Source: an uncultured Phycisphaerales bacterium (GTDB lineage: Bacteria > Planctomycetota > B15-G4 > CAYZWU01). From it: 64,000 bases of DNA. The position numbers and the translations under genes were made by a program. The notes under the pieces are model-generated. The model was not told where the DNA came from. It saw only the letters and a list, made by a program, of their open reading frames with translations, and searched no databases. Below, one piece after another: positions 37,261-45,970 of this stretch (within the stretch, counting starts at the first letter, position 1; every line of letters begins with the position of its first letter). Where the stretch lies: the NCBI GenBank assembly GCA_964542475.1, contig CAZIUL010000005.1:91066-155065 (forward strand), read 5' to 3'.

Positions 37261-38418
37261 TCAAACAAGGGGTGCATCTTCGTTCCCCTGTTCCGTGTTT
37301 TCATGGGAAGGGTCTTCCTCGCCGTTCTCCTGGTCCTTTTTTCCGAGGATCCGGTCGAAAGCGGTGAGGCCGCCCATGGCACCCAGTCCCATGGTTTCCA
37401 CGGCCGTGCTTGGAACTATGATCATGGATCCCTTCTTCTTGAGCCCTTCGAACACCATGTTCATGGCCCTGAGATGCAGGGCGGCCGGATTGTTTTTGTA
37501 GAATTGAGATGCATCCGCGAATTTCTCCGCAATCTCGGCTTCAGCATTGCTCAAAATGATGCGTGATTGGCGTTCCCGTTCGGCCTGGGCCTTCCGGCTC
37601 ATGGCATCTTCCAGCGCCTCGGGGATGATGATATCCTTGATCTCCACCGACTGTACGGTAATTCCCCATGCACTCGTTTTGGCCTCGAGCACCTGCTGGA
37701 TCTCCTTTCCCAGCCTGTCCCTGTGGGAAAGCATCTCCGCGAGTTCACTCCTCCCTATGGCATCCCTGAGAGCGGTCTGGGCGGAGTAACTCACCGCCTC
37801 GGTGAACTTCTCCACCTCGAGCACGCTCTTTTCAGCATCCCAAACCATCCAGAAGGCGATGGCATCCACACTCACAGGGACGGTGTCACGGGTGAGCGTT
37901 GTTTCAGCATTGAAGTCGATGACGCGGATTCTCTGATCCACATAGTTGGCGACTTTGTCGATTACAGGGAATAGAAAAAAAATGCCAGACCCGCGCAGCC
38001 CTTTGAACCTGCCGAAGCGCAGGATCAGGGCTTTTTCCCACTGGTACGCCATCTGAAAACAGGGTGAGATAAGCCCTGCCGCAACCACGGTGGTGACAAG
38101 GACCCAGCTTTCCGGACGGTGGCGCAGGAACACAGCCAGTGCTCCCAGAGTTGTGAGAACGAGGATCGATTCCCATATCTGCGTCAGGCGAAACACCAGT
38201 ACCATTCCCAGGGCCACGGCAGCCATGGTGATCACTACAGGCAACTGAAACGTGTACATCTGAAGATGAACAACAAGCCCGATAAGGCAGAGCGAAAGCA
38301 AGATTGCAACATTCAACGGACCGAACCGATAATCGGCATGGAAGCTGATGGCGAACTGCTCCAGGGTTTTGAGTTTGGACTTTTCTTTTAACATGGACAT
38401 TTCTGTCTCCTTTATCAT
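37261..38418 (-). CDS. SPFH/band-7 (stomatin/HflKC-like) membrane protein
   Basis: N-terminal transmembrane helices followed by an SPFH domain (…RVIDFNAETTLTRDTVPVSVDAIAFW…) and a coiled-coil Ala/Glu-rich region. Confidence 0.8.
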   Translation of the reverse strand: MIKETEMSMLKEKSKLKTLEQFAISFHADYRFGPLNVAILLSLCLIGLVVHLQMYTFQLPVVITMAAVALGMVLVFRLTQIWESILVLTTLGALAVFLRHRPESWVLVTTVVAAGLISPCFQMAYQWEKALILRFGRFKGLRGSGIFFLFPVIDKVANYVDQRIRVIDFNAETTLTRDTVPVSVDAIAFWMVWDAEKSVLEVEKFTEAVSYSAQTALRDAIGRSELAEMLSHRDRLGKEIQQVLEAKTSAWGITVQSVEIKDIIIPEALEDAMSRKAQAERERQSRIILSNAEAEIAEKFADASQFYKNNPAALHLRAMNMVFEGLKKKGSMIIVPSTAVETMGLGAMGGLTAFDRILGKKDQENGEEDPSHENTEQGNEDAPLV

Positions 38419-38789
38419 TGGCGCTTGCGCTGATCGAGGTTTTCCAGGATATCCTCGATGGTGAATCCATAAGAAGAAGCCCTTGAAAGGAACTCCTGGC
38501 AGAGCTGATCGAGCATGCGCTGATGCTCCACCTCGTCCAAAGAAACTTCTTTGTGGCAGGCAAAAGTGCCCGAGCCCATCTGGGTTTCCACCAGGCCCGT
38601 CAGTTCGAGCTCGGTATAGGCGCGGCTGACCGTGTTCGGGTTGATGGAGAGATCCACAGCCAGCTGACGCACGGTTGGAAGGCGATCTCCTGATTCCAGC
38701 AGGCTGGTTGCAATGGCGCTTTTCACCTGATCGATGATCTGTCGGTAGTAGGGAACACCGCTATTTGAGTCGATCTGAATTTGAATCAT
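38415..38789 (-). CDS. GntR-family HTH transcriptional regulator (short, YtrA-like)
   Basis: N-terminal winged helix-turn-helix: GDRLPTVRQLAVDLSINPNTVSRAY. Overlaps the SPFH gene by 4 nt. Confidence 0.8.
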   Translation of the reverse strand: MIQIQIDSNSGVPYYRQIIDQVKSAIATSLLESGDRLPTVRQLAVDLSINPNTVSRAYTELELTGLVETQMGSGTFACHKEVSLDEVEHQRMLDQLCQEFLSRASSYGFTIEDILENLDQRKRQ

Positions 38790-39114
38790 TTTGTTCCTCA
38801 GAATCGATAAAGTCCTAATACACTATTGTATTAAGATAATAGTACATTATACATGTTTGTCAAGTTTGAATTTAGTGGAAATGCAGAACCGAAGGAGTGG
38901 AATGCTTTTAATGCTCTAATTATACCGGAGTTACACCGTAATTTTTTTATGGGGAAGAGTACAAATATTCGCGCTAAAGCAAATTTTGAAATCCAAGAAG
39001 CTCAAGATTAGTGTGCCTGAACCATAAAAACCGAGTTTCAATCACGGCAATAGTTGCTCATGGCGTTCTCAGACCGGGTCATGGATGAATCATCCCATGT
39101 TCGTTTTTATACGG

Positions 39115-39882
39115 TTATTTTTTTTCGAGCTCCGCCACCTTTTTTTCCAGAGCCGCCACCCTTTCCTTGAGCTCGGTGTTCATGGTGTAAATGGGGAGCA
39201 GATAATCGCCGGCATCGTTATCCATTATTTTGATCAGCTTGACCATGGTGTGAACCTTGGTCGCAAAGCTGGTGATGATCAGCCCGTTTGATTTTTGCAC
39301 CGTCCGCACGGACCCCATGGCCTGGTTTGTAAAGAAAGGGTTCAAGGAAGTAAGGGTCTCCCTGGCATCGATATGCTTCAAGGGCACGTGGGTCGTAATC
39401 AGAATGCCCCTGTCCGCATAGTCTTTCACCTCTTCTGGGTTTACGAAGATTGAGCTGTTTATGGCAAGAAAACTGTTACGGCTTTCCCTGCCGGGTGTGA
39501 TTTTAACGATTTGAAAAATGGCGGAAGCTCCTTCACCTGTTTTCAAACACAAGTAGTCATGACACAAAAGCAGACGCTCGAAGAAGCCTTGAAATTTCGA
39601 TTTCGGTATTTGCATCGAAGATGAGAACTGGAAATTGCACCCATCTATTTCCGCTTCATTAAACAGAAACGAAAGGTTTAATGTTTTGCTGGCCAGGTCG
39701 ATGAACTTTTTCATTGTCATGGAACAGTTTTCGTCCAGGGGCAGCACAACAGGGGGCTCTTCTTTCTCTTGGGGACATTGAGGAGGTGCGGCGCACGAAG
39801 AGGCAAGGTCGAGGAAGAGGGCAAGTCCGAGGCAGATGCAAAGGGCGAACAAGGACAAGAGTCCTTTTTTCAAAATGTTCAT
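39115..39882 (-). CDS. Hypothetical secreted protein or lipoprotein with C-terminal coiled-coil
   Basis: Signal peptide with a Cys shortly after it. C-terminal heptad segment ELKERVAALEKKVAELEKK. Confidence 0.45.
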   Translation of the reverse strand: MNILKKGLLSLFALCICLGLALFLDLASSCAAPPQCPQEKEEPPVVLPLDENCSMTMKKFIDLASKTLNLSFLFNEAEIDGCNFQFSSSMQIPKSKFQGFFERLLLCHDYLCLKTGEGASAIFQIVKITPGRESRNSFLAINSSIFVNPEEVKDYADRGILITTHVPLKHIDARETLTSLNPFFTNQAMGSVRTVQKSNGLIITSFATKVHTMVKLIKIMDNDAGDYLLPIYTMNTELKERVAALEKKVAELEKK

Positions 39883-40029
39883 GGCTATAACCTCCCGGAA
39901 AAGAATAATGATTGTTAGCGGAGCGATGTTATTCGCTGTCCCGAATAGATCGCTTTGACCTGATCCAAGCGAGATTACTTCCGATTAAATATACGTTTGT
40001 TTCCGCGGGGATCAAAGCAAGGCGTGCCC

Positions 40030-41709
40030 CTACGTTTCCCACGACGCCTTCATTAAGATTCCGCCCCCGAGATAGACCGCATCTTTGATCCCGTTCTCAA
40101 GCATGATCCTGGTGGATTCGGCCGAGCGAAGGCCCTTCGAACATACAAGGAGCACAGGTTTGTCCTTCGGGACCTCTTCCCACCTTTTGCGAAGCTCTTC
40201 GAGGGGGATGTTGATGATCCCATCCAGGGGGATGGGATCGTTTTCCATCTCTTCGGGCGTGCGCACATCGATGATGGTTCTGCCCCCACAATCCGCTCCA
40301 GGAGATAGCCCTTCCACTCCTTCCCGCACTGCGTTCTGCGCGGCGCATCCCAGCGAGAACAGCGGATCAACAGCCGGGGCGAACGGCGGCGCGTACGCGA
40401 ACTCCGAATCGATCAGGTCGTCGAGTCGCCCCTCTTTCTTGAGCAGCGACGCGAGCAGGTCAACCCTTTTCACCACTTCTCCCGTGCCGTACCCCTGCAT
40501 CCCCAGAAGCCTCTGAGTGCCTTTTTCGAACACGAGCTTGAGAAGCACGTTTTCCGATTCAGGGTAGTACTCAGGCCTGTCCGAAAAGGTGCCCCATGCG
40601 CATGACGCGTCAAATCCAGCCTCGGCGGCAGCTCTTTCGGTGAGCCCTGTGCACGCGACATTCAGGTCGAACACCTTGAGCGCCGCGCTTCCGACCACCG
40701 GACCGAACCCGTCCTTTTTCCCGCCGATGTTCGAGCCTGCCACGCGGCCCTGGCGGTTGGCGAGCGACCCGAGCGGCATAAGAGCCGGCTTGCCCGAGAT
40801 CGCATGCTTCACCTCGATGACGTCACCCGCAGCGTAAATGTCCGGGTCCGATGTGCGCATCTGCTTGTCAACAACGATCCCTCCGAGCTCTCCGATATCG
40901 ATGCCGCATTCGACGGCCAGGCTGTTTTGCGGTTTCACGCCAAGCGCCATCACCGCGTGGTCCGCCTCGATCGAACCGTCCTTCGTCTTGATGACAACCC
41001 CGTCTCCGGTGTCTGTGACCTCCTCCACGGGGCAGCCCGTGTGGATCTCCACGTCCTCGCTTTTCAGGTACGCTTCAACTCCGCGCGCTGTTTCCTCGTC
41101 CATTATCCCGGGCAGGATCTGCGGGGCCGCCTCGATCATTACAACCTCGGCGCCCCAGAGAGATCCGAAAGACTCGGCGAGCTCGCACCCTATGAACCCT
41201 CCTCCGATGATCCCGACCTTCCTGATTTCGCCTTTCGCGAGGGCCTTTTTGATGCTGATGGCATCGTGCAATGTTTTGAACGTTGTGATCCGCGGGCTCT
41301 TTTTTTCGACCCCCGGCAGTACATTCGGGCTCGCTCCCGCAGCGATGACAAGCTTGTCATAAGCGATCTCGGTTTCATCCTGTGTCTCGACCGCTTTGCA
41401 CAGGACTTTCCGCTCTTTCCTGTTGATGCGCTCCACCCTGGTCATGGTGAGCACTTCCAGATCCTTGGCAGCGCTGAAAAAATCGGGATCCCTGACCAGC
41501 CCGTAGGGTGTGCTGCGAAGCTTGTCGACGTTTTCGATGTCTCCGGACACGAAATACGGCATCCCGCAGGCGCCGTAGGAAATGTACGACCCCTGATCAA
41601 TTACGGTTATCTTCGCTTTACCAAGAAGCCTCCTGGCCCTGCACGCAGCGCGAAGCCCTGCTGCTGAAGCGCCTATTACAACTACTTTCAATGATCCGGT
41701 GCTCTCCAT
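40030..41709 (-). CDS. CoA-disulfide reductase-type pyridine-nucleotide disulfide oxidoreductase with C-terminal rhodanese domain (CoADR-RHD/NAD(P)H sulfur reductase-like)
   Basis: FAD motif VVIGASAAGL. Redox-active single Cys SYGACGMPYF. NAD motif GIIGGGFIGCE. C-terminal rhodanese with active Cys (LLVCSKGLRS). Confidence 0.85.
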   Translation of the reverse strand: MESTGSLKVVVIGASAAGLRAACRARRLLGKAKITVIDQGSYISYGACGMPYFVSGDIENVDKLRSTPYGLVRDPDFFSAAKDLEVLTMTRVERINRKERKVLCKAVETQDETEIAYDKLVIAAGASPNVLPGVEKKSPRITTFKTLHDAISIKKALAKGEIRKVGIIGGGFIGCELAESFGSLWGAEVVMIEAAPQILPGIMDEETARGVEAYLKSEDVEIHTGCPVEEVTDTGDGVVIKTKDGSIEADHAVMALGVKPQNSLAVECGIDIGELGGIVVDKQMRTSDPDIYAAGDVIEVKHAISGKPALMPLGSLANRQGRVAGSNIGGKKDGFGPVVGSAALKVFDLNVACTGLTERAAAEAGFDASCAWGTFSDRPEYYPESENVLLKLVFEKGTQRLLGMQGYGTGEVVKRVDLLASLLKKEGRLDDLIDSEFAYAPPFAPAVDPLFSLGCAAQNAVREGVEGLSPGADCGGRTIIDVRTPEEMENDPIPLDGIINIPLEELRKRWEEVPKDKPVLLVCSKGLRSAESTRIMLENGIKDAVYLGGGILMKASWET

Positions 41710-41929
41710 CTCTGCTCTCCTTGATCAACAGGTTTCCAGGTTATTTCGTTTTCATAAATGCCAGATATTGCTTGACATTTGTTGCCAGAATTTTAATTTT
41801 GATCTTTTCTTCTGTACATCTTGGGTTATGACTTCGATTCGGTCAAGACCCGGTTTTGTATTATTGTAACTTGCGACTGCCAAAGGTGTTGCATTATTCT
41901 CGGTTCATAAGGACGGTACTGGTGACAGC

Positions 41930-42337
41930 ATGACCATCAAAATCACAGGCAAAACACACGATCTGGATTTCAGCGCAAAAATCGCGGAAATCTGCGGGGA
42001 AAACATCCACAAGTGCATGCAGTGCGGAACCTGCACGGGCGGCTGCCCAATGACAGGTGAAATGGATGTAACGCCCCGGAAGATGATGCTGCTTTCGCAC
42101 ATGGGCATGAAGGAAGAGGTTTCCGGATCGAACACGGTGTGGCTATGCGCCACATGCAACACCTGTTACGCGCGATGCCCGCGCGGGCTGGACATCCCGA
42201 AGATCATGGAAGCCATCCGCCAGATCAGGCTCAGGGCAAACGAGAACCACGTCGAGCCGAACAAGATCTCAAAAGAGGTGCTTCGCAAGGCACCGCAGAT
42301 CGCCATGGTAAGCTGTTTTCGCAAGCACACCTCATGA
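41930..42337 (+). CDS. hdrC: Heterodisulfide reductase subunit C-like (2x[4Fe-4S])
   Basis: CMQCGTCTGGCP and CATCNTCYARCP motifs. Confidence 0.8.
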   Translation: MTIKITGKTHDLDFSAKIAEICGENIHKCMQCGTCTGGCPMTGEMDVTPRKMMLLSHMGMKEEVSGSNTVWLCATCNTCYARCPRGLDIPKIMEAIRQIRLRANENHVEPNKISKEVLRKAPQIAMVSCFRKHTS

Positions 42338-42354
42338 TTTGATCGAGGAAGTAA

Positions 42355-43239
42355 ATGAAGGTTTCATACTATCCCGGCTGCACGTTGAAGACCAAGTCGA
42401 AGAACCTGGAGAAGCCAGGCATCGCCGCGATGGAAGCGCTGGGCGTGGAGCTCGTCGAGCTCGAACGCTGGAACTGCTGCGGAGTCGTTTATTCCCTGTC
42501 GGATGACGACCTTCTCAAGGTGGTAGCCCCGGTCCGCGACCTGATCAGGGTTGCCGAAGAGGGGTACGACAAGGTCGTGACAATGTGCTCCATGTGCTAC
42601 AACACACTCGCCCGCGCGAACCTTCTGATGCGCACCGACGAGGAAAAGCGCAAAACCCTGAACGACTTCATGGAAGAGGAGCCCGACTACTCAGGCGAGG
42701 TGGAGGTGCTCCATCTGTTGAACTTTCTCCGCGACGAGATCGGCTGGGACAAGGTCAAGGCAGCGGTAAAGGTTCCGCTCGACGGCTTGAAGGCGGCCCC
42801 GTTCTACGGGTGTACCCTTGTCAGGCCTGAAGAGGTTGCCATCGATTCGGCGGAGAACCCGAGGTTCATGCACGATCTCCTGTCCGCCCTTGGTGCATCC
42901 ACGGTCGACCTGCCAAACGGAACCGATTGCTGCGGCGCCTACCAGATGATTAGCCACCCGGATGCCTCCATTAAAGCCGTCGCCAACATCATCGGTCCCG
43001 CTGAAAAACGCGAAGCGGATGCGGTAGTGACCGCATGCCCGCTCTGCGAGTACAACCTCGGAATGCAGCAGTCCGCTGTTCTCGAGAAGCACAGCGATCT
43101 CAAAGCTGTTCCGACCTTTTATTTCACACAACTCATGGCTGTTGCCATGGGTGTTGATGCCCAAGAATGCTGTTTTGGTCTGAACATGCCGGGCGCGAAA
43201 GAGCTGCTCGAAGAAAAGAAGTACCTCGTATCCGCGTGA
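42355..43239 (+). CDS. hdrB: Heterodisulfide reductase subunit B-like (two CCG domains)
   Basis: CCG-domain cysteines: WNCCG…MCSMCYN and DCCGAY…CPLCEYN. Confidence 0.85.
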   Translation: MKVSYYPGCTLKTKSKNLEKPGIAAMEALGVELVELERWNCCGVVYSLSDDDLLKVVAPVRDLIRVAEEGYDKVVTMCSMCYNTLARANLLMRTDEEKRKTLNDFMEEEPDYSGEVEVLHLLNFLRDEIGWDKVKAAVKVPLDGLKAAPFYGCTLVRPEEVAIDSAENPRFMHDLLSALGASTVDLPNGTDCCGAYQMISHPDASIKAVANIIGPAEKREADAVVTACPLCEYNLGMQQSAVLEKHSDLKAVPTFYFTQLMAVAMGVDAQECCFGLNMPGAKELLEEKKYLVSA

Positions 43240-43332
43240 CGCGCTTGTTTTCATCGAACAGGCAAACGAATGACGAAAAGGTTTATTTTTACAAGACTTT
43301 AACAAGAGTTCATTGAACCACAGAGGTAGCAA

Positions 43333-44073
43333 ATGAGTCCGACCACCGAGATTACCGAGGATCTGCTTCCCATTTACATCATGGGAAAAAAGTATGATGT
43401 GCCCCCGTCGCTCACCATCATGAAGGCGATGGAGCACGCGGGCTACCAGTTCGTGCGAGGCTGCGGCTGCCGCGGCGGAATCTGCGGTGCCTGCGGCACT
43501 GTCTACCGCCTTCCCGGAGATTATCACATCCGCGTGGGGCTGGCGTGCCAGACCGTTGTCCAGGCGAACATGTACCTGACGCAGATCCCGTTCTATCCGG
43601 CGAACAGGGCCGAGTACGATTTCGATAAGACCAAGGGCGACGCGGAGGATGTTTTCGAAGCCTACCCCGAGCTCTTCAGGTGCGTGGCCTGCAACGCCTG
43701 CACCAAGGTGTGCCCGATGGATGTCCAGGTCATGGACTACATCGCCGCAATCAAGAGGGGCGACCTCGAGAAGGCGACCGATCTTTCCTTTGACTGCATC
43801 CAGTGCGGGCTCTGCACGACCAGGTGCATGGGAGAGCTGCCCCAGTACCACATCGCCCAAATGGTCCGCCGCATCGCGGGCGCAAGGCTCGCACCTGTTT
43901 CCAAGCATTGCGACGAGATGGTGGACCAGATCAAGGGAGGCAGATACAAGGAGCACCTTGCCAAGCTCAAAGAGATGGGCGAGGACGAGCTCAAGGAGCT
44001 TTACAAGGCGCGCGAAAACGAACCCGCTCTTGCGGAAGAGATGTGGGAGCCAAAGGAAAAAACGTACCTGTAG
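43333..44073 (+). CDS. Succinate dehydrogenase/fumarate reductase iron-sulfur subunit-like ([2Fe-2S] plus [4Fe-4S]/[3Fe-4S])
   Basis: CGCRGGICGACG (2Fe-2S). CVACNACTKVCP and CIQCGLCTTRC ferredoxin motifs. Confidence 0.75.
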   Translation: MSPTTEITEDLLPIYIMGKKYDVPPSLTIMKAMEHAGYQFVRGCGCRGGICGACGTVYRLPGDYHIRVGLACQTVVQANMYLTQIPFYPANRAEYDFDKTKGDAEDVFEAYPELFRCVACNACTKVCPMDVQVMDYIAAIKRGDLEKATDLSFDCIQCGLCTTRCMGELPQYHIAQMVRRIAGARLAPVSKHCDEMVDQIKGGRYKEHLAKLKEMGEDELKELYKARENEPALAEEMWEPKEKTYL

Positions 44074-44219
44074 ACAAGACCGCCATCAGGCGGAACCCGT
44101 CGATGCCTGCTGGAATGCGTACGCGGCATCGAGCCCGTTCGATAGGGCATCCGCGGGATTTCTGCCGGGGCTGTATAAGTGTTGAATCGATCCGTTTTTG
44201 AAGAAACGATAGAGAAAGG

Positions 44220-45899
44220 TTGACAATGCCGTATCCTGAATCACTCAAGGGTTACATCAAGAAAGTCGAAGAGACCAGGCCGTTACGCGTGGAGCGCAAG
44301 AAGAAGGACGAAGAGGTCCCCTTCATGTCTCTGGAGGAGCGCGCCGAAATATTAAAAAAATTCCATCCCGATGCCAAGGAGGAAGGCCGCCGCGAGATAA
44401 AGGTCGGGCCGTCCAAGGGTTACGGGATCGCGCACGAGATGGTGGATCTCCTGGAAGCCAAAAGCCGGGTCGATCCGGCGAAGGTGGATTTGAGTAAGCC
44501 GGAGCATGAAACCGACGTGCTGATCATCGGAGGCGGCGGCGCGGGCAGCTCCGCGGCGCTACTGGCACAGGAGCAGGGCGCCAAGGTGACAATCGTCACG
44601 AAGCTTCGCCACGGCGATGCGAACACCATGATGGCTGAAGGCGGGATTCAGGCCGCAACCAAGGGGGAAAAGGATTCGCCGTACTGCCACTACCTGGATG
44701 TAATGGGCGGCGGACACTTCAAGAACGTTCCCGAGCTGGTGGAAGGGCTTGTGACCGAAGCGCCTGACGTGATCAACTGGCTTCTGAAGCTGGGATGCAA
44801 CTTCGACAAGTTCGATGACGGCAGGTTGAGAACGCTTCACGGCGGGGGAACATCGCGCAAGCGCATGCACTCGGCCGCCGACATCACCGGCGCCGAGATG
44901 ATGCGTACGGTGCGCGACGAGGTCCGCAACCGCTCATCCGACATTAAGGTCATCGAGTTCGCACCCGCGGTCGAGCTGATTCTCAACGAGCACGGCCACT
45001 GCGCGGGCGCTGTCTTGTACAACATGGATACCGAGGAGTACTTCTTTGTCAAGGCCAAGGCCGTGATCATGGCCACCGGCGGGAGCGGAAGGCTTCACAT
45101 ACAGGACTTCATGACAACAAACCACTACGGCGCCACTGCCGACGGGATCATCATCGCTTACAGGGCGGGCGTGCCCGTCTGCTTCCTGCACACGGTGCAG
45201 TACCATCCGACCGGGGTGATCTTCCCCGAGCAGGCGGAAGGGATTCTCATCACGGAGAAGTTCCGCGGCGCCGGGGCCAACATACTGAACGTCAATGGAG
45301 AGCAGTTCGTGAACGAGCGTGAACCCCGCGACGTGGAGGCTGCCGCGTTCATCAGGGAATGCACGGAGCGCGGGCTCGGCGTGCCCACTCCCACGGGCAA
45401 GGCGGGCGTGTGGCTCGACAGCCCGATGATCGACGATCTGAGCGGCGAAGGGTTCGTGGAGATGAACTTCCGCGGGAAGCACATCCTGTACGACCGTTTC
45501 GAGATCGACATCTCCAAGGAGCCGATGCTGGTTTACCCAACGCTTCACTATCAGAACGGCGGCCTGGAGTTCAAGAAGGACGGCACAACCTGCCTGCCCG
45601 GGCTTTACGTTGCCGGCGAGGTCGGCGGCGGGATACACGGAGAAAACAGGCTCATGGGCAATTCGCTGCTCGACATCATGGTCTACGGCCGTATCTCCGG
45701 CAAGAGCGCCGGCGAGTACGCCAAGGGTTCGGCAAAGGACGGCGCGCTATCGCTCGCGCACGTGGAAAAGTACAACAAGGAGCTCGATGAAGCGGGGGTC
45801 GGCCTCGACCGCGTGGCCCCAATGCTTCTGCCCGACTACACGCTCCAGCAGGTGAAAGATAAGCAGCTCACCAGCAAATACCTCGGAACCATGCGGTAG
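44220..45899 (+). CDS. Fumarate reductase/succinate dehydrogenase flavoprotein subunit-like (TfrA-like)
   Basis: FAD motif VLIIGGGGAGSSAAL. Conserved HxxGG and HYxxGG elements of the FRD/SDH/L-aspartate-oxidase family (LHTVQYHPTG). Confidence 0.8.
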   Translation: MTMPYPESLKGYIKKVEETRPLRVERKKKDEEVPFMSLEERAEILKKFHPDAKEEGRREIKVGPSKGYGIAHEMVDLLEAKSRVDPAKVDLSKPEHETDVLIIGGGGAGSSAALLAQEQGAKVTIVTKLRHGDANTMMAEGGIQAATKGEKDSPYCHYLDVMGGGHFKNVPELVEGLVTEAPDVINWLLKLGCNFDKFDDGRLRTLHGGGTSRKRMHSAADITGAEMMRTVRDEVRNRSSDIKVIEFAPAVELILNEHGHCAGAVLYNMDTEEYFFVKAKAVIMATGGSGRLHIQDFMTTNHYGATADGIIIAYRAGVPVCFLHTVQYHPTGVIFPEQAEGILITEKFRGAGANILNVNGEQFVNEREPRDVEAAAFIRECTERGLGVPTPTGKAGVWLDSPMIDDLSGEGFVEMNFRGKHILYDRFEIDISKEPMLVYPTLHYQNGGLEFKKDGTTCLPGLYVAGEVGGGIHGENRLMGNSLLDIMVYGRISGKSAGEYAKGSAKDGALSLAHVEKYNKELDEAGVGLDRVAPMLLPDYTLQQVKDKQLTSKYLGTMR

Positions 45900-45970
45900 G
45901 TGGCAGGAGGGGCACGGCAAGCATCCGGTTCCGAACAGGCGGATCCACGCGCTTCACTATTGCTGAACCT

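Noticed and set aside
37223-37501. 92-aa plus-strand ORF starting at the ATG inside family-A copy 3 (AAGAGGATGAAATATG looks like a ribosome-binding site plus start)
   Set aside because: The Shine-Dalgarno/ATG configuration is not conserved in copy 4 (GAGTATGAAATAA) or copy 5. The ORF is antisense to the SPFH gene and has a low-complexity composition.
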